In this document: in pieces, positions 18,421 to 28,804 of the stretch
Position numbering within the stretch: the stretch's first letter is position 1
Layout of the letters: each line of letters opens with the position of its first letter
Assembly: GCA_041554135.1 (NCBI GenBank)
Contig: JBFFML010000002.1
Coordinates: 22,212-86,211 of the forward strand
From: Thermoplasmata archaeon
GTDB lineage: Archaea; Thermoplasmatota; Thermoplasmata; UBA10834
Length of the DNA: 64,000 nucleotides
Reading direction: 5' to 3'
Notes under the pieces: model-generated
Database searches by the model: none
Seen by the model: the letters and a program-made list of their open reading frames with translations, nothing else
Told to the model about the DNA's origin: nothing
Made by a program: the position numbers and the translations under genes

Positions 18421-19449
18421 TCATCCTGTGAGGTCTAGTCTGAGCTCTTTGGCGATGCTCAGCGCGGACTCGTACTCGTCCGGTCTGAGGGCACGGGTGA
18501 GGTCGTCGTGCTGTGCCGCGTGGAAGCACGGCCGAAACTGCCCCATGACGTTCACCTTCACGTCACTCAGGTTGTCCGCTATCCATGTGAGGATTGGACG
18601 AGTGCAGCATTCGATGTGGTTGGGGAGGACAAGGTGTCGGATGATCATCTCCGCATCCTCGCAAGCGAGCAAGTGGTTTCTGCGGATGACACTCGTGTAG
18701 TCACCCACGTTCGAGAGGCGCTTCGCACATCCGTCATTGCCGTATTTGAAATCCGTCAGATACACGTCCACCACTCCTTTCAGAAGGCCCATGGCAGTCT
18801 CCGAGAGGTACATGTTCGAATTCCATACCTGTGGAATGTTCGCATGACATTCCATCATCGTCTGCAGTATGAAATGGATGTTCGATGTAGGATCTCCCCC
18901 GACCCAGTTGACGTTCGCGATCCTACTTGTGCCACGCATCTGCCGCACGGAAGGCGCGGAGAATCCCGCCATCGATTCTATCATCTCTGCCAGTTTCCGT
19001 GACGGGATCCATATTCCTGATTCCGGGTTGGTCGATATATCGTAGTTCTGACAGTAGACGCAGTCGAACGTGCACCCCGCGAAGAATACTGTGTAGGACG
19101 GGACGAGTTCGGGCTCTTCTCCCATATGGACGAACTCGCTCGATATCCGAGGTTCCAGCACTCCGCAATGGCCTCTCTCTCCGGCGAGCCGGTTCGCTCC
19201 GCATCTCCTCTCGCATAGGACGCAGTCGGTCAGAATCCGTCTAGCGAGTTCGATCTTCAAGTCCAAGAGCGTCATCTTGCCAGTTGGCGCGGACCCGCGT
19301 AGAAACGCCTCGGATTGGGCCGATAAGAGATATTCGTCGCTGGAATCCATCGTGGCACCGACCATTGTCTCCCTTGATTCAAGATACCGTGCCCTCTCCC
19401 CTCCCTCTCGGATCTTGAAGTAGCGCCGTAGCGCTCCATCTTTCATCAC
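18421..19449 (-). CDS. PflX-like radical SAM protein
   Basis: CVLCERRCGANR, HMGEE, FFAGCTFDCVYCQN, IIRHLVLPNH motifs. Confidence 0.85.
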   Translation of the reverse strand: MMKDGALRRYFKIREGGERARYLESRETMVGATMDSSDEYLLSAQSEAFLRGSAPTGKMTLLDLKIELARRILTDCVLCERRCGANRLAGERGHCGVLEPRISSEFVHMGEEPELVPSYTVFFAGCTFDCVYCQNYDISTNPESGIWIPSRKLAEMIESMAGFSAPSVRQMRGTSRIANVNWVGGDPTSNIHFILQTMMECHANIPQVWNSNMYLSETAMGLLKGVVDVYLTDFKYGNDGCAKRLSNVGDYTSVIRRNHLLACEDAEMIIRHLVLPNHIECCTRPILTWIADNLSDVKVNVMGQFRPCFHAAQHDDLTRALRPDEYESALSIAKELRLDLTG

Positions 19450-19503
19450 CTATCGTACTTGTCTCAGGACACTTTTAATATTTCCAGCAACCTGTGTTTG
19501 GTG

Positions 19504-20475
19504 ATGATGCACGAATCCTTGAAAGATCTTCCCAACCTCTGGTTGGAGGTTAAGGATGTGGTCCGTCAGGTCCCAGCAGGGAGGGTGACGACTTATGGTA
19601 AGGTGGCCGAGGCCTTAGGCGATATTCGTGCATCGAAGTTCGTGTGGCTGGTCATGAGTTCGAGCAGAGAGGTCGAAGCCGTCCCTTGGCACAGGGTCGT
19701 CCGATCAGACGGCAGGGTCGCTGGCGTGAAAGAGTCTGAGGCCATAGCCCGGAAGACGGCTCTACTCGAAGGCGAAGGCACCTCTGTGTCAAGTGGCGAG
19801 ATATCGGACTTCAGAACACTCGTCTTCGATGATTTCGAATCGCCGATGTCTCTGAAACGGCTAAGAGCTCGACAGACGACGCTGAAGGAGTCGCTGAGAG
19901 TACCCAAATCCGACGTCAGGTTCTCAAAGGTAGCCGCAGCTGATGTGTCATACGATGGCGACAAAGCCTTCGCTTCCGTCATTGTCTTGGACTATGAGAC
20001 CGGAGAGGTCGTCGGGGAGCATGTCTGCACGTCGGAAGTGCGTTTTCCATACATACCCTCTTATCTCTCATTCAGGGAGTTGCCGGTCATCTCGCCCCTC
20101 GCGAGGCAGCTCGATGACGGGACCGTTCTGATGTATGACGGCAACGGTATACTCCACCCTGAGGGATTCGGGATTGCGAGCCATGCCGGCGTGATATTCG
20201 GTATCCCTACGGTAGGTGTCGCCAAGAAGTTGCTCTGCGGGACGCTCTCGGGTGGCGAGGATTCGGCCGTATCCAAAGTGGTCCTGCACGGCGAGGTCGT
20301 TGGGTATGCCGTATCGGAGGGTAGCCGAAAGCCCGTGTATGTCTCCCCTGGGCATGGCATCTCGCGCTCCCAGTCGTTATGCATCGTCAGACGGTTCTTA
20401 AGATCGAGGATTCCAGAGCCTCTGCAATTGGCCCACAGGGCGGCCAACATATTGCGTCGTTCGGCGCCTCCCTGA
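19504..20475 (+). CDS. Alkyltransferase-like (ATL) domain fused to endonuclease V
   Basis: N-term VPAGRVTTYG..A and PWHRVV; C-term DVSY, PYIPSYLSFRE, DGNGILHP, GVAK, VSPGH, IPEP..LAH. Confidence 0.9.
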   Translation: MMHESLKDLPNLWLEVKDVVRQVPAGRVTTYGKVAEALGDIRASKFVWLVMSSSREVEAVPWHRVVRSDGRVAGVKESEAIARKTALLEGEGTSVSSGEISDFRTLVFDDFESPMSLKRLRARQTTLKESLRVPKSDVRFSKVAAADVSYDGDKAFASVIVLDYETGEVVGEHVCTSEVRFPYIPSYLSFRELPVISPLARQLDDGTVLMYDGNGILHPEGFGIASHAGVIFGIPTVGVAKKLLCGTLSGGEDSAVSKVVLHGEVVGYAVSEGSRKPVYVSPGHGISRSQSLCIVRRFLRSRIPEPLQLAHRAANILRRSAPP

Positions 20476-20503
20476 TGTCGAGGCGCACTGTCATGGTGGT
20501 CGA

Positions 20504-21412
20504 ATGAGGATTTGTGTATTCGGCGCAGGTTCCCTCGGTAGTGCGATAGGCGCATTGCTGGCAGGGCATCACGAAGTTACGCTCGTCGGTAGGAGTGTGA
20601 ACGTGTCGCCGATTAAAACGGGCGGGCTGAACTTGCAGGGAGCCGTGACAGGAACGGTGAAGATGGATGCTAGAGACAGCGTAGAAGGCATAGTTCCTCC
20701 AGACTTGCTCCTGATTACCACCAAGGCCTACTCGACGTCGTCAGTCATAGATGCATGTGACGGATGGCTGCGCGACGACACGAAGGTTCTGACATTGCAG
20801 AACGGTTTGGGTAACTTGGAGATGCTCAGAGCCTGGAGAGGGGAGATGGCCTTTGGAGGGACCACGACGATGGGGTCATCGTTGATTGAGCCCGGCATCG
20901 TAAGAATCGCTGGTATGGGAAAGACCCTCGTGGGTTCGGACTTGGACCCGGCATCGGCCAGGTCGATCGCGTCAGCCTTCAGGGTTGCTGGCATCTCGAC
21001 GGCAGTCAGGAGTGGGATAACCGGCGAGATATGGGCCAAAGCGATAGTCAATGCCAGCATCAACCCGCTTACCGCCATTCTGAGGGTGCCTAACGGGGAC
21101 TTGGTGAAGAGCAGGACGTTGTCTAGATTGGTGGCAGAGATATGCTCCGAATGCGAGCTTGTCGCCGCCGGTTCGGGCGTCCGGCTGCCCGTGAAATCAG
21201 TGTACCCACGTGCGCGTTCCGTGGCTATCGAGACTGCCAGTAACCGATCAAGCATGTTGCGCGACATCGAACTAGGTAGGAAGACCGAGATCGCGGCCAT
21301 CAATGGACAGATATGCCGCCACGGCGAGGAGGCGGGCGTTCCCACGCCTCTGAACGCGATGTTGGTGTCCGTCATCGAGTCTTTGGAGGCTGGCACCGCG
21401 GAGAAAGGTTAA
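20504..21412 (+). CDS. panE: 2-dehydropantoate 2-reductase
   Basis: GAGSLG, LQNGLG, W.K..VNASINP, SSMLRD...GR.TEI. Confidence 0.93.
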   Translation: MRICVFGAGSLGSAIGALLAGHHEVTLVGRSVNVSPIKTGGLNLQGAVTGTVKMDARDSVEGIVPPDLLLITTKAYSTSSVIDACDGWLRDDTKVLTLQNGLGNLEMLRAWRGEMAFGGTTTMGSSLIEPGIVRIAGMGKTLVGSDLDPASARSIASAFRVAGISTAVRSGITGEIWAKAIVNASINPLTAILRVPNGDLVKSRTLSRLVAEICSECELVAAGSGVRLPVKSVYPRARSVAIETASNRSSMLRDIELGRKTEIAAINGQICRHGEEAGVPTPLNAMLVSVIESLEAGTAEKG

Positions 21413-21448
21413 TATCGTAACATTGTACTCATTGGCTCTGGTGAAGAG

Positions 21449-22087
21449 ATGGTAGATGTGAAAGAGCTGGCAGCGAACGCCAAGATATTGAGGAAGAAGG
21501 GCTTGAGCGTCCGCGAGGTCGCGGATGAATTGCACCTTTCAGTTGATACAGTTAACTACCTCGTGGAATACGGTCCCGAAGGACTCCCGCCGTCCGACGT
21601 CAAGATCGGATGGAGGTCTGTCGGAGTGACCGGGTATAGAGTCGGACTGATGTCCGAGCTTATGGCGGACATAACCCTTGAGGAGCTGGCCAAGCAGGAA
21701 CAGGAAGCAGACGTCATTCTCGGAGTGTCCATCAATGGGATCCCGTTCGCCACCAAGCTCTCCGAGATACTCGGCATAGACCTGGGGGTCTACCGTCCGC
21801 ATGCGGAGAGCCAGAGCGGAGGGGCATTGAGCTCAAACTACGCGTCCGTGGGCAACGGCAAGAAGATCGTCATAGTTGACGATGTCCTTAGCACCGGTGC
21901 TACCATGAAGGGCTCAATAACCGATGTCAAGGAGGCAGGCGGCGTCCCTATCCTCGCCCTGGTCATTGTCAACAAGAGCAGCCTGAACGAGATCGACGGC
22001 GTGCCGCTCAGGGGATTGATACGTGCGAGGTCTCTGGGCGGGACCATCCTAGGCGGTGGCGGCAAGAAGAGCTTCCCTTACGGATGA
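21449..22087 (+). CDS. Orotate phosphoribosyltransferase-like protein with N-terminal HTH (GfcR/PyrE-like)
   Basis: GLS..EVADELHLS.DT HTH, WRSVG, SSNYASV, IVDDVLSTG PRPP motif. Confidence 0.85.
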   Translation: MVDVKELAANAKILRKKGLSVREVADELHLSVDTVNYLVEYGPEGLPPSDVKIGWRSVGVTGYRVGLMSELMADITLEELAKQEQEADVILGVSINGIPFATKLSEILGIDLGVYRPHAESQSGGALSSNYASVGNGKKIVIVDDVLSTGATMKGSITDVKEAGGVPILALVIVNKSSLNEIDGVPLRGLIRARSLGGTILGGGGKKSFPYG

Positions 22088-23388
22088 GACTTCGACGCGG
22101 CCGCTCTGAGGGCCTCGATCACCGGCATGGACTTCCCTAGCATCATCCGTTCGATTGCACCACCGCCGGTGCTGACGTAAGAGAACTTGCCGTTGAAGCC
22201 AAGTTTGTTGACCGCAGCGCTGGAATGCCCTCCGCCTATCACTGAGAACCCTCCAGACGCGGCTATCGCCTGGAACAGCTCCTGAGTGCCTTTGGAGAAC
22301 TCCTCGATCTCGTATACGCCCGGGGGTCCGGACAGGAAGAGGGTCTTCGAGGCAAGTATGACCTCCTTGAACCGAGCTATGGTCTCCGGGCCTATGTCGA
22401 GGATGGTGGCGTCCGCCGGCATTTCTCCAAGAGGGTGGTCTCTCCGCACGTTCGCGTCGTCCACCGCCCCATCGACCGGTAGCTTGATCCTGTCCCCACC
22501 GACGCTCATCAGCTCCTTCGTGGCCTCTCTGACCTCCTCCGTGACCCCCCTGCTCGCCAGGCGTTCTGTCCCGGAGCCGACGCGGTCTCCGAGGATCATC
22601 CGGCACGTGTACCCCACGAGTCCAGCTAGGAGAACGTTGTCGGCCGATTGTGACTCTATCAACCTCCTCACGACGGGGATGGCGTCAACGAACTTGGCAC
22701 CTCCGAATATGAACGTCGCCGGCCTTGTCGGGTTCTCAAGAAGCCCCGATAGGGCTTTCACCTCCCGCTCCATCAGCCTCCCACCTGCCGAAGGGAGTGC
22801 GCTCGAGAAACCTACCAGCGAGGCGTGCGATCTGTGGGAGGAGGCGAAGGCGTCGTTCACGAACAGGTCGAATTCCGGAGATAGCGTCTTCACCATTTCG
22901 GACTGCGCGTGCTCCTTCGGCGACAGCTTGAGCTGCTCGCTCGAGTAGTTGCGCACGTTCTGGAGTAGTACGCATTCGCCCTGACCCAGTGACTCAATCG
23001 CGCTCAGCGCCCGGTTTCCGAAGATGTCGTTCACGTATCTGACCTTCCTGCCCACGAATTCCGTGAGGTAGTCAGCGTGCTCATTCAGGGTGATGAAATC
23101 GTAATCCCCAGGCCGGCCCTGATGTGCCATCACGACGAGGCGGGCGTTCCGATCCATCAGCTCTCTTATCGTGGGCACTGCGGATGCGATTTTGGATCCG
23201 TCTTCGATTCTGAGGCTCTCCTCGTTGACGGGGGAGTTGATGTCTACCCTTAGAAGCACCTTCGCTCCTCTGACATCGAAGTCGTCAAGAGTGAGGAAGC
23301 CCAATCCCGAGGGCGACGAAGAACCTCCTCCGTCTTCATCGTCGAGGACATCCCCTCCCTCGGAATCAGCGGTTCTGATGTTCGTCAT
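22078..23388 (-). CDS. pgk: Phosphoglycerate kinase
   Basis: RVDINSP, AHQGRPG, NDAF..SHR, GGAK and STGGGA motifs; start approximate. Confidence 0.93.
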   Translation of the reverse strand: MTNIRTADSEGGDVLDDEDGGGSSSPSGLGFLTLDDFDVRGAKVLLRVDINSPVNEESLRIEDGSKIASAVPTIRELMDRNARLVVMAHQGRPGDYDFITLNEHADYLTEFVGRKVRYVNDIFGNRALSAIESLGQGECVLLQNVRNYSSEQLKLSPKEHAQSEMVKTLSPEFDLFVNDAFASSHRSHASLVGFSSALPSAGGRLMEREVKALSGLLENPTRPATFIFGGAKFVDAIPVVRRLIESQSADNVLLAGLVGYTCRMILGDRVGSGTERLASRGVTEEVREATKELMSVGGDRIKLPVDGAVDDANVRRDHPLGEMPADATILDIGPETIARFKEVILASKTLFLSGPPGVYEIEEFSKGTQELFQAIAASGGFSVIGGGHSSAAVNKLGFNGKFSYVSTGGGAIERMMLGKSMPVIEALRAAASKSHP

Positions 23389-23592
23389 CCCAGCCCCCTG
23401 CCCCCCGGGCTCGAGTCGGTATCTTAAAGTCTGACAGAGTACCAGATTGAGACCTGCATATAAATCATTGACGAAATCACCATGTGACCCCCACCACGCA
23501 AAGTATTTAGATGCCGTACCATGATAGCTGCAGATACGCATGAGAGACACAGGGTTTTGCTCTCACTTCCGATTGCGCGAGGTGTGTTTATC

Positions 23593-24741
23593 TTGAAAGC
23601 TACAGAGATTGGCGGACTGCTGGTCAGAGACATAATGAGCAAGCCGCGGATGACGGTCACCAAGGGCGAGACGGTATCCGATGTCATTTCAGGAATGAAG
23701 AAAGGCCGCGTGAGGGAAATTCCGGTATTGGACGGCGACAAGCCCTTGGGGCTTGTGAGCTACTACTCACTCCTCTCTCGGAGGAACGTCCCTTTGTCGG
23801 CGAAAGTGGAGCACATAATGATCCCATGTCCTAGGCTGGAGGAGGACATGACCGTCATAGGCGCTGCCGAGGAGCTCATGTCGGCAGGGGTACGAGGCGC
23901 TCCGGTCGTGAGGAACGACAAGATGGTCGGGTTCCTCTCAAGGACCGACGTGATTCGCGTGATGGCCGATACGGACGAGCTCAGGAGGCGGTCGGCCGGC
24001 TCGATAATGTCCACGACGCCCTTGTCGGTGACCGAGGAAGAGTCCGTGAGGAAGGCTCAGATACTCATGAAGGGGCTTAACGAGAAGACGCTCCCAGTCG
24101 TCGAGGAGGAGAGCCGTCTCATCGGAGCGATTGGCATGACCGAGGTCATGGACGTCGTTTGGACCCCCCGTGGGTCCAAGCCGCCGAACGAGGTTCGCGG
24201 CGACAGGGAGCCTGCCGATGTGAGAGTCGGAAGCGTGATGAACAGAAACCCCGTCTTCGTCTCGCCGAACGATCCGCTCGACAAGGCGATATCCGTGATG
24301 CTCTCAAAGAATCTCTCGACTGTGTTCGTCTCCGATGAGGGGAAGCTCGTGGGGGTCGTCTCCCAGACGGATGTAATGGAGCATATCATCAGCCACAGAC
24401 CGCAGGAGGGGGTTTACGTCCAGATCACAGGACTGGACGCTGAGGACCCCGAGATCTATGAGGCGATGTACGAGATGATAGGCAAATCGATGAAAAGGAT
24501 AGACAAGATACAGCCCCCCAAGGTGTTGTCCGTTCACGTGAGCGCATATCATCAGGACGGTCTGAAGAGCAAGTACAGCCTCGGAGCGCGGTTAACGACG
24601 GACAAGGGGATGCACTACTCGAAAGCGAGCGATTGGCAGCTGTACAGGGCGCTGGACACCGCCCTGGAGATGATGGAGAAGGGCATAAAGAAGGAGCATG
24701 AGAAGCAGATCGCCGCAAGGCGGAGGAAGCCGAGTCTATAG
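23593..24741 (+). CDS. 4xCBS-domain protein with C-terminal HPF/RaiA-like domain (candidate archaeal ribosome hibernation factor)
   Basis: Four CBS repeats, then VQITGL...SVHV...KYS..ARL.T..G.....ASDW.LY.ALD.AL; TTG start after GAGGTG. Confidence 0.78.
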   Translation: MKATEIGGLLVRDIMSKPRMTVTKGETVSDVISGMKKGRVREIPVLDGDKPLGLVSYYSLLSRRNVPLSAKVEHIMIPCPRLEEDMTVIGAAEELMSAGVRGAPVVRNDKMVGFLSRTDVIRVMADTDELRRRSAGSIMSTTPLSVTEEESVRKAQILMKGLNEKTLPVVEEESRLIGAIGMTEVMDVVWTPRGSKPPNEVRGDREPADVRVGSVMNRNPVFVSPNDPLDKAISVMLSKNLSTVFVSDEGKLVGVVSQTDVMEHIISHRPQEGVYVQITGLDAEDPEIYEAMYEMIGKSMKRIDKIQPPKVLSVHVSAYHQDGLKSKYSLGARLTTDKGMHYSKASDWQLYRALDTALEMMEKGIKKEHEKQIAARRRKPSL

Positions 24742-25761
24742 GCTCCAATACTCTGAAGCGTTCCTCGCACAGCGTTCAACGATGCCACGTCCGAGGCAAC
24801 TGTTGTCAACCACATCTGTGAATTCGAGGGGAACCTCGACGTCTTGGAACAGGCCCACGGTCGCGGCCACGATCTCCGAGAGCGACGGAATGTCGTATCC
24901 GCCCTCAAGCATGAATGTGACCCTACCTCCGCAAATCTCAGACAGCCGGATGAGCTCTCTTGCGATCCGTACATGGCCATCTGACGAAAGACTCAGCGAA
25001 GCTAGTGGATCCATGTAATGCCCGTCCGTACCGAAGCTCACGAGTATGGCGTCCGGTTTGTATTCTCTGACCACTGGCAACACGACTCTCGAGTACGCCA
25101 GGTCGAATGTGGAATCTCCACATCCAGAGGTGAGGGGCATATTGAGCGTGTAGCCCTCTCCTTCCTCCCGGCCCACGAAGTCCACGTTTCCGGTGCCAGG
25201 AAAGATCCCGCTCTGATGCGTTGATATGTAGAGCACGTCCGCACGGTTTCCGAAGATATGCTCGGTCCCGTTGCCGTGATGAACGTCCGGGTCGACAATG
25301 GCTATCTTCGAGTCGCCACTGCCGAGCAGATAAGCAGCGGCGATGGAGATGTTGTTGAAATAGCAGAAGCCCATGCCATAGTCTGGCCCTGAGTGATGGC
25401 CAGGCGGACGAGTCAGAGCGAACGACGGTCTACCTTCGTCCTTTGAGAACCTCACGGCGTCGATTGCGCACTCGGCCGAAAGCGCCGCTATGTCGTAGGT
25501 CTCGGGGTGAAGGATGGTTTCTGCTGTGAGGTTACATTCTCCACACGTGCGAATGAACTCTATGTATTCCTCGTCATGAACAAGTCGAAGATGGCTGTCG
25601 TCGGCGACCTTCGAGCGGACGATGTCCTTCCATAACCCATGTCCCTTCAATTTGTCAACAATTCCCCTGAGCCGGTCAGAACACTCTGGATGGAACGGAG
25701 TCTGTTCATGAGCCAAGAACTCCTCGTTGTAGAAGACTGCCACGGATATGCTAACGGCCAT
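24736..25761 (-). CDS. Histone deacetylase family protein
   Basis: HPE...RL, RPPGHH, GFCYFNN, D.DVHHGNGT, LEGGY motifs. Confidence 0.93.
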   Translation of the reverse strand: MAVSISVAVFYNEEFLAHEQTPFHPECSDRLRGIVDKLKGHGLWKDIVRSKVADDSHLRLVHDEEYIEFIRTCGECNLTAETILHPETYDIAALSAECAIDAVRFSKDEGRPSFALTRPPGHHSGPDYGMGFCYFNNISIAAAYLLGSGDSKIAIVDPDVHHGNGTEHIFGNRADVLYISTHQSGIFPGTGNVDFVGREEGEGYTLNMPLTSGCGDSTFDLAYSRVVLPVVREYKPDAILVSFGTDGHYMDPLASLSLSSDGHVRIARELIRLSEICGGRVTFMLEGGYDIPSLSEIVAATVGLFQDVEVPLEFTDVVDNSCLGRGIVERCARNASEYWSL

Positions 25762-25852
25762 CGGGCCAATATAGCATTTGTGATGTCGTCGTGCTCTATG
25801 CCACAACAATATTTTTATCTGTAATCAGCATATTTTATGGGAGGATGACCGA

Positions 25853-26461
25853 ATGACATCAAGCGAGATAACCTACTTCGATAGACCCGGTGGACAGAAC
25901 ACGGACGCTCTGCTCGAGGTAGTGCGAAGACGTGCGCAGGCCCTCAGTCTGAAGCACGTCGTGATAGCGAGCAACTCAGGTGACACGGCAAAGAAGGCGC
26001 ATTCGAAATTGGCTGACCTAGACGTCGACATAGTGGTGGTCACTTCCCACTCAGGGTTCGCGGGTGAGGGCGTCATCGACATGGACGCCGGAGTTGAGAA
26101 ATCCATAACGGACTCAGGCGTCAGAGTCGTACGCGCCTCACACGTGTTGTCTGGAGTGGAGCGGTCGTTCACGAGGAGGCTCGGCGGATGTTCCAGGGCA
26201 GAGGCCGTGTCGGAAGTGCTTCGCGCGCTCTTCGGCCACGGGATGAAAGTCTGCGTCGAGATTGCGTTGATGGCGGCGGACAGCGGCGCAATACCGTGTG
26301 GCGATCAGGAAATCCTCGTGATCGGCGGGACGAGCGAAGGTGCCGACACCGCGTGTGTCTTAAGGCCGGCCCACGCGAACGACCTATTCAAGATGGAGAT
26401 AAGGGAGATCGTAGCTATCCCGAGATCGAAGCGCGACGTGGAACAGGAATATATCCGATAG
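25853..26461 (+). CDS. Pyruvate kinase C-terminal-like domain protein
   Basis: YFD.PG..NT, VIASNSG.TA, FG.GMKVCVEI..MAADSG, GGT..GADTA. Confidence 0.82.
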   Translation: MTSSEITYFDRPGGQNTDALLEVVRRRAQALSLKHVVIASNSGDTAKKAHSKLADLDVDIVVVTSHSGFAGEGVIDMDAGVEKSITDSGVRVVRASHVLSGVERSFTRRLGGCSRAEAVSEVLRALFGHGMKVCVEIALMAADSGAIPCGDQEILVIGGTSEGADTACVLRPAHANDLFKMEIREIVAIPRSKRDVEQEYIR

Positions 26462-26479
26462 AGTGCATTGGGTTATACC

Positions 26480-26863
26480 ATGGATGTAATGTGGTTCGTG
26501 CTTCTGTGCATAGCCGTCCTGGTCGTGATGTTGGTCTTCTACTTAAGCGCGGCAATAGTGTCTCAGGATTGGGCGGCGGCGCCTCCCTACATCCTCCGAA
26601 TCCTCATAGTGTCGCTCGTCTTCGTCTTCATCGTCCCGGTCGTCAGTGACCTTGGCAGGGAACAAGGCCTGTCGGATTTCATGTTGCTGCTGTCCTTCGT
26701 GTTCCTGGTAGTCGTCGTGAGATTCGTGATGGTCGAGGAGCTAGCAGTCCACGACGATTGGCTGGCTTCTATGGTGATATCGTTGATAGGCGTCGGTCTG
26801 ATATTGGTCATAGAGGAGGTGTCGAACCGTCTGTTCGATATCGGTCTGCCATCCATAGTCTAG
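26480..26863 (+). CDS. Hypothetical 4-TM membrane protein
   Basis: Four hydrophobic segments; directly follows the upstream gene on the same strand. Confidence 0.7.
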   Translation: MDVMWFVLLCIAVLVVMLVFYLSAAIVSQDWAAAPPYILRILIVSLVFVFIVPVVSDLGREQGLSDFMLLLSFVFLVVVVRFVMVEELAVHDDWLASMVISLIGVGLILVIEEVSNRLFDIGLPSIV

Positions 26864-27948
26864 AGCACGCGCAACTCTTTGGAGCAGGAGGTAAGGACGC
26901 GGCAACCTTTCCGCGTCACAAGGATGTCGTCCTCGATTCTCACACCTCCGTACTTCGGGATGTAGACACCGGGCTCCACGGTCAACACCATGCCTTCCTT
27001 TAATACCATGTCTCTCGCCGAGGATATCGATCCTGGGTCATGGACGGACATACCGAGGCCGTGTCCAGTGCTGTGGATGAACAGCCCTTTGAACTTCGTC
27101 GAGTCGATTACCTTGCGCGCGGCCTCGTCCACGTGGGAGCCATGCACACCGTCGGCTATCTCGTCAATGGCGGCTTCCTGAGCCTCCAAGACTGTGGAAT
27201 GCATCTCCTTCTGCCGCTTGCTGGGCGACTTACACACGAAAGTCCTGGTCATGTCGGATACATATCTCTGGTATTTCGCGCCGAAGTCGAACAGTGCGAA
27301 GTTGCCCGCTTTCAGGCGCCTCTTAGGGGAGGGCGAGTAGTGAGGTTCAGCGCTCTTACCGCCAAAGGCCACAGTTGAGTCGAACCCTGGGCTGGTCGCC
27401 CCTAATCTCATCATGCTGTAACTGAGCTCCGCCGACGCCTCCGTTTCCGTCATCCCCTCCTTCACGACATCGGGGATCGAAGCGCATGTCTTCGAAGCGA
27501 TTGAACACGCCCTTCGAATCCTTGACAGCTCATCCGGCTGCTTGATCATCCTGGCGTCGTGCAGGTCATCGGATATGTCGACGAATTTCGCACCAGCACC
27601 AGCCTTCTTGAGCAGCTTGAGTGCGGAGTGCGTGACCTCTTTGGAATTGAAGCCTATCTTGGCATATCTCGACAGCTTCCGCTTCATGAGTCTCATGCGA
27701 TCATCGCTGTTCTCGAAGACAGATGTCTTGACGCCCGCTTCCATGGCGCTGAGTGCTTCCAGCTCGGATGCGAGGACCTCCACTCGTTTGGGTTCGACCA
27801 AGGCCAGGCACCCTTCGAACAGTCCGTTGGGGATGCCTGTCGCGTAGAAGAAGCTGGTGTCCAGATTTGGGTCAACAGAATTGATCAGGGCTATCGCATC
27901 CACTTCCTTCTTAAGGGATGAGAATATCCACTTCTCCCTTGTAGCCAC
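26860..27948 (-). CDS. Xaa-Pro aminopeptidase (M24)
   Basis: DFGA....YVSDMTRT, HSTGHGLG..VH, TVEPGVY, GVRIEDD. Confidence 0.93.
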   Translation of the reverse strand: MATREKWIFSSLKKEVDAIALINSVDPNLDTSFFYATGIPNGLFEGCLALVEPKRVEVLASELEALSAMEAGVKTSVFENSDDRMRLMKRKLSRYAKIGFNSKEVTHSALKLLKKAGAGAKFVDISDDLHDARMIKQPDELSRIRRACSIASKTCASIPDVVKEGMTETEASAELSYSMMRLGATSPGFDSTVAFGGKSAEPHYSPSPKRRLKAGNFALFDFGAKYQRYVSDMTRTFVCKSPSKRQKEMHSTVLEAQEAAIDEIADGVHGSHVDEAARKVIDSTKFKGLFIHSTGHGLGMSVHDPGSISSARDMVLKEGMVLTVEPGVYIPKYGGVRIEDDILVTRKGCRVLTSCSKELRVL

Positions 27949-27997
27949 AGTACCACTGGCAGAGTATGCCTGCAGACGTATAAAGAAATGGTGCTGG

Positions 27998-28804
27998 CTA
28001 AGCGCCTATCCATGAATTGCCCGTGATCTTCCTTATGGCGGATATCGCGGAAAGAGCCGCCAGGTAACTGGTCTTCGGGTTTCTCGGAGAAGGCACGTTC
28101 CTGGTCACGACATCAATGTCGCCGAACCTGCCCCTGGCCTGGAGATGGTGCTCGTTCGTTTTCACCTGAGGGTCGCACACAATCCGGACTCTCGTTCTGT
28201 CGAATCCGATTCCAGCCAGGGAGATCGTCGCCGCGACATTGATGTTCTGCGGGAAATGCTTGACCGCTTCCCTTGCCGATCCTTCGAAGAGCGTCGTCCT
28301 GACGCGGATGTCGGAAGGGACGATCTTCTTGGATTGGAGGTAAGGGCTATCTCCAAAGGCGGAAGGGGGTTTCGTGGTCGTCAGAGTCACATCTTCGATA
28401 TCCTCTACTTTAGCAGCGGAGAGCGCGTCAACGCCGCCGATGGCGCCGCTGGGAACGAATATCTTGGCATTCTTTCGCTTCGCCAATCGAAAGACGTCAC
28501 TCTGGAATTCCTCATCTCCGAGTACGCCGACGCTCATGAGCAGGACGTCGACTCCGGCGGACAGAGCGATGGGAAGATAGTATCGAGCCGCTTCTTGGCT
28601 CGCGGCTTCCACGATCAGTCTGATGTTTCCGAGAATGGGGACTATGTCTGGTATGTATTGCACTTTCGAGAATCTCTCCTCGAGTTTGGCGGCACACTCT
28701 TGGGATCGATCCGTGAGGTAGACCGCACCGATGTCAGGGATGTTCTCCGCTTCTCGGGCTATGGTCGTTCCTATTGCGCCACAGCCAATCACACAGATGT
28801 CCAC
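27998..28804 (-). CDS. nadX: L-aspartate dehydrogenase
   Basis: GCGAIG, VEAAS, PSGAIGGVD, FPQNINVAA, NPKTS.LAALS. Confidence 0.92.
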   Translation of the reverse strand: MDICVIGCGAIGTTIAREAENIPDIGAVYLTDRSQECAAKLEERFSKVQYIPDIVPILGNIRLIVEAASQEAARYYLPIALSAGVDVLLMSVGVLGDEEFQSDVFRLAKRKNAKIFVPSGAIGGVDALSAAKVEDIEDVTLTTTKPPSAFGDSPYLQSKKIVPSDIRVRTTLFEGSAREAVKHFPQNINVAATISLAGIGFDRTRVRIVCDPQVKTNEHHLQARGRFGDIDVVTRNVPSPRNPKTSYLAALSAISAIRKITGNSWIGA

